A stretch of 64,000 nucleotides of DNA from an uncultured euryarchaeote. GTDB lineage: Archaea; Thermoplasmatota; Poseidoniia; Poseidoniales; Poseidoniaceae. How positions within the stretch are numbered: the stretch's first letter is position 1; each line of letters starts with the position of its first letter. Below are positions 35,106 to 42,708 of the stretch, one piece after another. The notes beneath the pieces are model-generated. The model ran no database searches. It was not told the DNA's origin and saw only the letters and a program-made list of their open reading frames with translations. The stretch covers positions 27,961 to 91,960 of the forward strand of contig CALBIL010000058.1 of NCBI GenBank assembly GCA_937892945.1, written 5' to 3'. Both the position numbers and the translations under genes were made by a program.

Positions 35106-37343
35106 TTACGACCAGATGAGCCAGTCGCCCGTTCGTTCACCGTGGCTCCATGCATGAATTTCATGACCACGAATTCCATCGTGTGAGATGAACATCACAT
35201 GATGTTCAGTGAGCAAAAGTTCACCGTATGTACCTGAAGCTGAATTGTTATTCACTCCCGGCCAAGGGTCATAGGCTAAAGTCGGCGTCTCATTGTTGTG
35301 CAAGTGCCACAATGAGGAGCCACTCTCCACTCCATCGATTTGACCAGATGCGAGGAAAAACAAATGTTCTCCCTGTGATACAAAACCAAGAATATTGGAA
35401 CTGGCCATCCCTGCTCGCAAGTCGGTTTCCACTTGGGTGCCACCGACCGTTCCATCGGTTGAACAGATCTCGTGGGCCACGTTCGGTGCGACACAATCGA
35501 ACCAGATGCGTTGTTGATGAACAATGCCTCCCGCCCAATCACCAGGTGCAATAATTGTTGTTGACAAAATCTGTGTCTGACCCGAAGAGAGGTTATGGGA
35601 CCAGACTTGGGGGTCAACTCCGGAAGTTAAGGCATCGAATACGAGGAGGTTTCCAAGTTGATGAATACCGAGTTCTTCCGCTACCTGAGTTGTTGGATTT
35701 CCAGTTCCTTGGTGCTGTAAAGTGGTCAGCCAACTCATATTTCCATCATTGGAGAGTCGGACCAATTGTCGTCCGTTTTGTGCCTCCGCAACCGCTACTA
35801 AACCGTCTTCGATCAGCAGTGGAGCACTTGGCCAACTTGCACCTGATGGGTTGAGGTCCCAACTTTGCAATTCGGCATCAAGTGTTAGAAGATAAGGTTC
35901 AATGTCATTCCCTGCTTTGGCTGAGAACCATAAATGAGTGGAGTTCGCATGCAGCATTTCAGTAGCAAACGTCGCCATTCCAAGTGAAAGAGTATTGAGG
36001 TTCTGTTGTTGTGATGGTGAAAACGACGGATATGAAAAGACGGTCGTGGTGGTGACTCCGTCACTCCAAACCAAAGCATCGTTCGCGGTGTTAAACACAA
36101 TGCCTTGGCCCCATTGCACCATTTGAGCCGAACTGCTGAGCGGTAGAGAGCCGCCGGTATTAGTAACTCTTTTTGTGCCTGCTACCGTTGCATCACTGAC
36201 CCATACTTCACGACCATTCATGCCATCATCTGCATCGAAGAAAACCCGCTCGCCATGTGCTGTTTGAACTGAATTCAGCCCGATGTATTGGCCAGGTAAA
36301 GCATCTCCATTCGGGTTAATGTCGAGCAGTAACTGGGTTGAAGACTCCATCCCTTCACTGACCCAAAGTTCACATCCATCAATTCCATTCACACCAGCCG
36401 TCAAAAGGCGTTGTTGTTCACCCATCCATGCCATTGCATCGCAATTTGTAGTCAACCCATCACCCGAATTAGGAAATAAATCCGAAATTGGGCCGTAGAG
36501 CAGAGCTGAACTGCAGAGTTGGATGCTGCTTCGAACTTCATCATCGTGTAAGTGTTCATCGAACGCCACACCTTCTCCAATTCCATCATCGACACCAAAT
36601 CGAAGTACGAGGCCGGAAGGACACACAGCAGGAGACGGCTGTCGATGTTCGACTAAAGCAGGTGCTCCTTGGCTTCCGGCATCACCTTGAGCACCGTTGG
36701 TACCCGATTGTCCATTGTAACCGTTACTTCCAACTAAACCGTCACACAGTGCCTCACTTGATTGGATCTCTTCTTGATTGAGTTGTCCATCGTCATTTGT
36801 ATCAAGGCCACTGTGAATCAGAATGCCTCCCATTGGGCAAGTGATGCTGCCGATTTCCAACTCTTCGATTTCCAATCGGCTTGAATCTGATTGTAATGCA
36901 GTGCCTGGGTTGCCTTGTGGGCCTGAAAGCCCTTCTTTCCCATGGCATACTTTTGTTGAAGAAGTCACTTCATCTTCATCGAGGTAGCCATTTGAATTGA
37001 GGTCGTTGCCGATATAGATTTCAGCCCCGCCTTCGGTACAGATGGAATCTGCGACTCGTCCTTCGGTTCGAACCAGCATTTCATGCGTATCATCACCGGT
37101 GTTGCCTTGTGGTGAAAGTGAATCGATTTGAACAAGAGAATAGGTCGAAAAAGTAAGTGCGAGTATCAACAAGAAGGTTTGGATAAAAGTGAGCATGAAC
37201 TTTTTGTTTTGTTTCATCTGAACTTTTTGTTTTGGTTTTGGCTGTTGCCTTGTGTTGAGCAGTGGTACATTCTTGTGGCTTTGCTTGAGCGCAGGTTCTC
37301 CTGCAATAGTGGCGTCGACATCCATTGTTGGGGGGGTTGACAT
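35106..37343 (-). CDS. Membrane-anchored surface protein with three Cys-bracketed EF-hand-like Ca-binding modules interleaved with collagen-like G-X-Y runs, then an ELWxxDG-type repeat beta-propeller.
   Basis: The signal-anchor is KQNKKFMLTFIQTFLLILALTFSTYSL. EF-hand-like loops are DLNSNGYLDEDE and DTNDDGQLNQEE. G-X-Y runs are GKEGLSGPQGNPGTA (5 triplets) and GLVGSNGYNGQSGTNGAQGDAGSQGAP (9 triplets). ELWxxDG-like repeats include GCELWVSEGMESST, GREVWVSDATVAGT and HEICSTDGTVGGT. The start is uncertain: ATG 37343, 37325 or 37217, or TTG 37373. Confidence 0.7.
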   Translation of the reverse strand: MSTPPTMDVDATIAGEPALKQSHKNVPLLNTRQQPKPKQKVQMKQNKKFMLTFIQTFLLILALTFSTYSLVQIDSLSPQGNTGDDTHEMLVRTEGRVADSICTEGGAEIYIGNDLNSNGYLDEDEVTSSTKVCHGKEGLSGPQGNPGTALQSDSSRLEIEELEIGSITCPMGGILIHSGLDTNDDGQLNQEEIQSSEALCDGLVGSNGYNGQSGTNGAQGDAGSQGAPALVEHRQPSPAVCPSGLVLRFGVDDGIGEGVAFDEHLHDDEVRSSIQLCSSALLYGPISDLFPNSGDGLTTNCDAMAWMGEQQRLLTAGVNGIDGCELWVSEGMESSTQLLLDINPNGDALPGQYIGLNSVQTAHGERVFFDADDGMNGREVWVSDATVAGTKRVTNTGGSLPLSSSAQMVQWGQGIVFNTANDALVWSDGVTTTTVFSYPSFSPSQQQNLNTLSLGMATFATEMLHANSTHLWFSAKAGNDIEPYLLTLDAELQSWDLNPSGASWPSAPLLIEDGLVAVAEAQNGRQLVRLSNDGNMSWLTTLQHQGTGNPTTQVAEELGIHQLGNLLVFDALTSGVDPQVWSHNLSSGQTQILSTTIIAPGDWAGGIVHQQRIWFDCVAPNVAHEICSTDGTVGGTQVETDLRAGMASSNILGFVSQGEHLFFLASGQIDGVESGSSLWHLHNNETPTLAYDPWPGVNNNSASGTYGELLLTEHHVMFISHDGIRGHEIHAWSHGERTGDWLIWS

Positions 37344-37345
37344 GA

Positions 37346-37365
37346 ATTGACTGAAAACAGTCAAT
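37346..37365. promoter_or_regulatory. Perfect 20-nt palindrome (8-bp arms, 4-nt spacer) in the divergent control region between the ELW-repeat gene and acnX.
   Basis: The sequence is ATTGACTG-aaaa-CAGTCAAT, read directly. It is preceded by another TTGAC copy (ggTTGACatgaaTTGACtg). It lies immediately upstream of candidate ATG 37343 on the minus strand and about 105 nt upstream of the acnX ATG at 37470. Confidence 0.35.
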
Positions 37366-37469
37366 GGTATCAAAACCTTCGGTTAAACCGTAATTCAAGT
37401 GTTTCCTCTGTTCTCGAGTCTTCTGTTGAAAGGGGTGAGTTCAAGGGCGTCCTTTTTCTGCACAGAGTC

Positions 37470-39245
37470 ATGGACCTGCCAGAACGTCTTGCTGCTCAAT
37501 TAGCTGGTGAAGAAGGTCCAACACGACAAAAAGCAGCACGCTTGGTCGTTGACTTGGCAGTTACAGCCAATGCTGAAGGCTTTGTCAATGTCGACCATGC
37601 CCACGTTTCAGGGGTTTCAGTCATCACAGGTGGTCACGGTTTACGCCGTTTCCTGTCGGACCTCTCCAGTTCAGGGGATGGCAAAGTCACGATTCCAACC
37701 ACCTTGAATTCTGCAGGTTGCGATAAAGAAAAAAGGAAAGAGATGAATATCGATTGGCCCGACTTTTTAGAACAACAATTTGAAATTGTCGAAGCGTATT
37801 CGGATTTAGGGATTCAAGCAACCCTTTCCTGCACCCCATATGACCGTGGAGTCGATGACGAAAGTGGAATCGCATCATGGGCAGAATCGAATGCAGTATG
37901 TTTTTCAAACACTTGGACCTCTTTGATTACGAACCGTGAATCAGGTCTTTCAGCACTCGCAACAGCACTCACTGGCTTTGCACCTCGATGGGGACTTCAC
38001 CTCGAACAAAACCGTCAGCCGAATATCCATGTTAAAGTCGAATGTGAATTGCATACACTTTCGGATTGGTCAGTACTTGGTGATTGGATCGGTAAACAAG
38101 TCCTTCCTGGTTGGGATGTACCTTGGGGTCCAATGCCGTTTATCCAAGGGCTTCCTTCTCGAGCGAGTTTTGCTCGGAAAAAAGCGCTCACCGCAGCAGC
38201 CGCAAATTATGGGACACCCATGCTTTGGGCGGAAGGCCTCTCAGCAGACCCGCCATTATCACGTGATGAAGACGGCGTGTGGATTGCACCAAAGGCTGGC
38301 TGGCAAGGTGAATTAGTGTTCACAGCTGCTGATTTACAGGCACGGTATGATGATTTAGCACCAAGCGGGCAAGTTGATTTGGTCGTCATTGGTTGTCCAC
38401 AGGCGAGTTTGGAAGAAATTAGAATCACCGCAGCAGCAGTTCGTTCTCATGCAGAAATGGGTGATAAAATCCCAAATCAACGGCTTTGGGTGTTCACCAG
38501 TGGTGAAAATTATGAACTCGCATTAGCAGATGGAAGTATTGACTTGCTTGAAAGTGCAGGTGCCGTGATTTTACAAGACACCTGCCCTGAAGTCACTCCT
38601 TACAATCGAGCACATTACAATCATTTGTTGACCAATTCCCTCAAGGCTGAACATTATCTCACCAGCGGTTTAAATCGACTTCCAACAAGTGTAATGCCCA
38701 TTGAAGGGTGTATTGCACATGCCTTTGACCCTTCACTATCGGCAGGTCCACGTCCACTTTTGAATCAGAAAGCACAACCCCAACATGCCAGTTCGAAAAC
38801 GATTCAAACAGAAGAGGGTGTTGTTTTGACAGGTGCTCCTTTGGAGAGTCAAGAAGAGTATTGCATCACAGGTCCAGCAATGGTTACCGATGTCCCCATC
38901 ACCTATCTCGGGTATGTGAATCGAGATACTGGAGTCGTCGAAGAAACAGGCCACCCACTCGATGGTAGGGCTGTTGAAAACACAATTCTCATCTATCCTA
39001 AGGGTTCGGGCTCGACCGTTGCTCCTTTTGTTTTGATGGGCTTGTTGTATACCGGTAAAGGCCCAACAGCCATTGTCAATCGGGATGTTTGTCCACTTAC
39101 TTTGCCTGCTTGCTCGTTACTCGGATTGCCCTATGGCCATGGCTTTGACCAGGACCCATGTATGGCAATTAACGATGGTGACCTCATCGAACTCAAATCC
39201 GAACGTGGAGTCGTTACGCTCACTGTTCTTGAACGCGTACAATGA
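37470..39245 (+). CDS. Aconitase X (AcnX) family dehydratase with the large (DUF521) and small swivel (DUF126) domains fused in one polypeptide.
   Basis: Motifs seen are HAHVSGVS, SCTPY, ASWAESNAVCFSN, ITNRESG, IGCPQASLEE and QDTCPEV (three candidate cluster Cys). The C-terminal DUF126-like part reads ITYLGYVNRDTGVV...ILIYPKGSGSTVAPFVLMGL. ATG 37470 gives MDLPERLAAQLAGEEG, matching the family N-terminus. The track start at 37347 is TTG inside the palindrome. Confidence 0.85.
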   Translation: MDLPERLAAQLAGEEGPTRQKAARLVVDLAVTANAEGFVNVDHAHVSGVSVITGGHGLRRFLSDLSSSGDGKVTIPTTLNSAGCDKEKRKEMNIDWPDFLEQQFEIVEAYSDLGIQATLSCTPYDRGVDDESGIASWAESNAVCFSNTWTSLITNRESGLSALATALTGFAPRWGLHLEQNRQPNIHVKVECELHTLSDWSVLGDWIGKQVLPGWDVPWGPMPFIQGLPSRASFARKKALTAAAANYGTPMLWAEGLSADPPLSRDEDGVWIAPKAGWQGELVFTAADLQARYDDLAPSGQVDLVVIGCPQASLEEIRITAAAVRSHAEMGDKIPNQRLWVFTSGENYELALADGSIDLLESAGAVILQDTCPEVTPYNRAHYNHLLTNSLKAEHYLTSGLNRLPTSVMPIEGCIAHAFDPSLSAGPRPLLNQKAQPQHASSKTIQTEEGVVLTGAPLESQEEYCITGPAMVTDVPITYLGYVNRDTGVVEETGHPLDGRAVENTILIYPKGSGSTVAPFVLMGLLYTGKGPTAIVNRDVCPLTLPACSLLGLPYGHGFDQDPCMAINDGDLIELKSERGVVTLTVLERVQ

Positions 39246-39254
39246 GGTGATTGA

Positions 39255-40253
39255 ATGAATGGTCTGAAGATTCTTGTCACTGGTGGTGCAGGATTCATTG
39301 GTTCCTCATTATGCGAACGATTGGTAGCAGAAGGGCACTCTGTATTGGCATACGATTCACTTTTCCGAGGCAGTGAGGCGAATCTTTCCTCTCTTCAGAA
39401 TCACTCGAACTTTCAATTCATGCAAGGTGATGTCCGTGATATCGACCGTTTGGATGAAGCGATTGAACACTTGGGTGGAGTTGAACTGATCTTCCATCTT
39501 GCAGCAGTGAATGGCACCAAGTGGTTTCATGAAGCAGCCCATTCAGTGATTGATGTCAACATCAATGGGACGCTGCGAACATTAGAGTTGGCGATGGCAC
39601 ATAATGCACGTTATGTTCTTGCTTCATCGCCTGAAGCCTTTGGTGAGGCTTTGCAACAACCGATTCAAAACGGTAATGACATGTCGTTCACCGACCCTTC
39701 ACTCCATCAACGCCACTCCTATGGCGCCAGCAAATACTTGGATGAAGTCGCGTGTCAGCATGCAGCACGTGACGGGCTTGATGTCCGAATTGTACGACCC
39801 TTCAACGCTTATGGTCCACGCCTTTTAGGTGATGAATACGGCCAAGTTGTGGCGATATTTTTTCAAGCCATCCTTTTGAAAGAACCGATACAATTGCATA
39901 ACGGTGGTCGACAAACTCGGTCGTTTACATGGATCGATGATATCGTCGAGGGCTTCATACTTGCAGGGCTCCAAGAGAAAAGTCTCAACGGAGAATCCCT
40001 TTCTGGTTGCGCTTTGAATATTGGAGCAACGGAGGAAATTTCAATTCGAGCTTTACAAGAAACCATCTTTTCAATTGTCTCAAACGATGTCTCATGGGAG
40101 AAGGGATTGCCGGATACCTTGATTGTTGAAGGATACCATGGCGATGCACTACGGCGCTTACCGGATTGCAGTCAAGCGGAATCATTCGTTGGATGGAAAT
40201 CATCAACGACTTTAGAACAGGGTCTACTCAAAATGTGGGCAAGTTTACGCTGA
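39255..40253 (+). CDS. NAD-dependent nucleotide-sugar epimerase/dehydratase (extended SDR, resembling UDP-glucuronate decarboxylase or UDP-glucose 4-epimerase).
   Basis: It has ILVTGGAGFIGSSLCERL and the YxxxK motif (YGASKYLDE). A GAGGTGAT Shine-Dalgarno site lies 3 nt upstream of the ATG. Confidence 0.85.
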   Translation: MNGLKILVTGGAGFIGSSLCERLVAEGHSVLAYDSLFRGSEANLSSLQNHSNFQFMQGDVRDIDRLDEAIEHLGGVELIFHLAAVNGTKWFHEAAHSVIDVNINGTLRTLELAMAHNARYVLASSPEAFGEALQQPIQNGNDMSFTDPSLHQRHSYGASKYLDEVACQHAARDGLDVRIVRPFNAYGPRLLGDEYGQVVAIFFQAILLKEPIQLHNGGRQTRSFTWIDDIVEGFILAGLQEKSLNGESLSGCALNIGATEEISIRALQETIFSIVSNDVSWEKGLPDTLIVEGYHGDALRRLPDCSQAESFVGWKSSTTLEQGLLKMWASLR

Positions 40254-41078
40254 ATCTTTTTTCGGACTGTAGTGGTTGAGGACTTTCTTACTCCATGAAT
40301 CGGGTGCGGGTGTGAGTCGGTCATGGCCATGTTGGCACAGGATGTCTAATCCATTTGCTGGCAAGGTTTCTTCAGTCGTCCACAATCCTGTGACGCGTAA
40401 AACTGCAAGTCGTGCAACAGCATCTGGGAGTGGACGGTCTTCGAGGAATTCAACTTCCAATGCGGCAACTGCTTGGTTGATGAGCAAGGGGTCGAGAGGG
40501 TGTGGGGTGAACCCAGTAAGGTTCCATTCGCTTTCTCCTTCAGGGAGTGGGCGAGCCGTTTCATCGATTGCATCAACGGATGAATGTGAACTCGGCATAA
40601 AGTGAAGAATGGCTCTTTTGGTTGAGCGGAGATTGTGAAGCGTGTCTCTGTATCTTCCATCACGGTTACAACTGAATGATGCAATCAGCAGAGGTGGTCC
40701 AGTTGATACAGCCATGACTGATGTGTACGGTGCCAGATTCTTGTTCCCCTCTTTATCTTGGGTTGATGCAATGACGAGTGGTCGTGGTGATAAGAGGCCA
40801 GATAACCATCCTGCTCGTTGGGCATGTTCAAGTTCGTCTACATCGATGCGGCGAGCCCCTTCCATGCTTTTTGTTGGAAGTGGCGTGAACCAGTTGTCCA
40901 ATGTGCCATTTTTTATTTCTTCAATCGCATGGTCGTTAAACTGAATATAAGATTCCCATGATGCAGTCTGTTCTTTTTCACCACGTTCAGTTTTCCGAGC
41001 AATCGAATCCATTGCATAGGCATTGCATCGTGTGAGATAATCGAGTACAACTTGTTTCCTGTCCATACGTTCACCCAT
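40245..41078 (-). CDS. Flavin reductase-like (FMN-binding split-barrel) protein with a ~90-aa N-terminal extension of unknown function.
   Basis: The core reads LLSPRPLVIASTQDKEGNKNLAPYTSVMAVSTGPPLLIASF...DTLHNLRSTK, typical of the flavin reductase-like domain. Its 3' end overlaps the convergent epimerase gene by 9 nt. Confidence 0.65.
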   Translation of the reverse strand: MGERMDRKQVVLDYLTRCNAYAMDSIARKTERGEKEQTASWESYIQFNDHAIEEIKNGTLDNWFTPLPTKSMEGARRIDVDELEHAQRAGWLSGLLSPRPLVIASTQDKEGNKNLAPYTSVMAVSTGPPLLIASFSCNRDGRYRDTLHNLRSTKRAILHFMPSSHSSVDAIDETARPLPEGESEWNLTGFTPHPLDPLLINQAVAALEVEFLEDRPLPDAVARLAVLRVTGLWTTEETLPANGLDILCQHGHDRLTPAPDSWSKKVLNHYSPKKDSA

Positions 41079-41594
41079 TCAATTAGTTGCTGAATCGCTT
41101 TTGAGTTGGCGTTGCTTTTCATCGTATGTATTCCGCATCATCAAAAAAACAGCAGGGTTTCCGACCCACACTTCATTGTCAGGGACATTGCGTGTGAGTG
41201 TAGAACCTGCGCCAAGAACGGCATTCTGCCCGACTGAGCATCCAGCGATAACCGTGGCACCACCTCCAATCACAGCATCATTGCTGATCTGTACCGGTTG
41301 CCATTGTTGAGCGTTGCCCGAAGGCGGATATTTGTCATTAAGGAGTGTACTGTTCGGGCCAAGGAATACTCTGTCACCCAATACGCAACCATCTGCGAGG
41401 TATGCGCCGCCTTGAATACGACACGCATTGCCAAGTACCACTTTACGGCCGATATGGACCAATGCACCGATGGAACAATTTGCGCCAATTTGTGCATTTT
41501 CACCAATATGGCAAGGTTCCCATGCGACACTCCCTCTCTCGAGGTCGAGCCGTTGACCGTTCACTTGACCATCGTTTTCCATTTGATCCCTCAT
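41079..41594 (-). CDS. Hexapeptide-repeat (left-handed beta-helix) acyl/acetyltransferase.
   Basis: Imperfect hexapeptide periodicity runs through IGENAQIGANCSIGALVHIGRKVVLGNACRIQGGAYLADGCVLGDRVFLGPNS...IGGGATVIAGCSVGQNAVLGAGS. The gene abuts the downstream gene with no spacer. Confidence 0.8.
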   Translation of the reverse strand: MRDQMENDGQVNGQRLDLERGSVAWEPCHIGENAQIGANCSIGALVHIGRKVVLGNACRIQGGAYLADGCVLGDRVFLGPNSTLLNDKYPPSGNAQQWQPVQISNDAVIGGGATVIAGCSVGQNAVLGAGSTLTRNVPDNEVWVGNPAVFLMMRNTYDEKQRQLKSDSATN

Positions 41595-42214
41595 TCGTTC
41601 AAGCCGAGTTCACGAAGAAGCATACCTACGTGTCCTTTGGCTTTTACATTGTAGCGGAGCCAAGAAAAAGCCCCATCGGGTGCAATAACGAACGTAGAAC
41701 GTGAACAACCCATGTACTCTCTTCCGTAATTCTTCTTGAGGCGCCAGGTGCCATATGCTTCATGCAGTTCACCTTCCTTATCCATCAGAAGCGGGAAATT
41801 CAGATCTTGTTTCGTGATAAATTTCTCGTGAGAGCCTTCGGAATCTTTAGAAACGCCAAGAATGACATAGCCTTCTGATGTTAAACGGGCCATGTTGTCA
41901 CGGAAGTCACATGCTTGGGTTGTGCAACCAGGGGTTGAATCGCGCGGATAAAAGTACAGAATAACTGATTTTCCAGCACTTGAATATGCTTGCAAATCAT
42001 GGAGAATTCCGTTTGAATCTTCACAATTGAATGCGGGAGCTTTTTGTCCGACTTCATGTGTTCTTGCTTCGTTCATGTTGCTCGGACTTGCATGAGGGAC
42101 ATGAAGCATTGCATTTCCTTCTCTTTGATTGAAAGAATACTTTTCCGTCACCAATTCGTCGATAAAAAGCGCTTTAATCGGTACTTTATGCGAAGTGGGT
42201 ATGCTCTCTTGCAA
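41591..42214 (-). CDS. bcp: Bcp-type peroxiredoxin (thiol peroxidase).
   Basis: It has GQKAPAFNCED and the active site VILYFYPRDSTPGCTTQACDF. The true start may be ATG 42109 or 42076 (MNEARTHEVGQKAP), since the first ~46 aa have no counterpart in typical Bcp proteins. Its stop overlaps the acetyltransferase start by 4 nt. Confidence 0.85.
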   Translation of the reverse strand: MQESIPTSHKVPIKALFIDELVTEKYSFNQREGNAMLHVPHASPSNMNEARTHEVGQKAPAFNCEDSNGILHDLQAYSSAGKSVILYFYPRDSTPGCTTQACDFRDNMARLTSEGYVILGVSKDSEGSHEKFITKQDLNFPLLMDKEGELHEAYGTWRLKKNYGREYMGCSRSTFVIAPDGAFSWLRYNVKAKGHVGMLLRELGLNE

Positions 42215-42276
42215 TAAGGGTGAATCAAAGATAAGCGACCGATTCTTTCAATAACCGGTGTGTGTTAAGTGAGTTC

Positions 42277-42708
42277 ATGGTGGCTACGCGCATGTCTCGA
42301 AGATGTCGTCGCTACTCCAAGCAAATCCAGCGCGCTAATTCAAAAATCGACCTCCAAACAATTGCCAGCACCATCCAATCCGAGATGGACAAGCGTAATC
42401 TCACATACGATGAAGCACTCACTCTTGGCAACATCATACAAAACAGAGCAGACCAACTCCCAGGCGATACAATCGTTTACGCTATTTCTGACCGAGACGC
42501 CTATCGCCGTACTTTGGAACTGTACTTGCGTGACGCTCTTTTGACTCGAACCGAGCAGATGTTGCTTTGGGAAGAGCGCCGACGCCTTGGAATCTCTGAG
42601 CCTGAGCATGAACGCTTACTTGACCAACTCCTCTTGCAATGGCGCCGCCAAGGAAAGAAAGTCACTATCGCTCGTTTCGACACCCCAGGAGGTGAGACAT
42701 CTGCTTAA
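42277..42708 (+). CDS. Small basic cytoplasmic protein, hypothetical, with TerB-like helical repeats. First gene of the block that continues into the archaellum operon.
   Basis: The ORF is about 143 aa with no TM or signal peptide. Repeated helical units of the type LTRTEQMLLWEERRRLGISEPEHERLLDQL weakly resemble TerB / DjlA N-terminal domains. The track start at 42262 is GTG; the first ATG is at 42277. Confidence 0.5.
   Translation: MVATRMSRRCRRYSKQIQRANSKIDLQTIASTIQSEMDKRNLTYDEALTLGNIIQNRADQLPGDTIVYAISDRDAYRRTLELYLRDALLTRTEQMLLWEERRRLGISEPEHERLLDQLLLQWRRQGKKVTIARFDTPGGETSA

Noticed and set aside
42587-42691. TTG 42587 / ATG 42608 as the start of the 1719-aa giant.
   Set aside because: Either start would overlap the upstream 148-aa gene by about 100 nt or more. 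Either would also put about 35 or more non-signal residues before the hydrophobic signal sequence, so GTG 42692 or TTG 42731 fits better. This remains unresolved without homologs or ribosome profiling.
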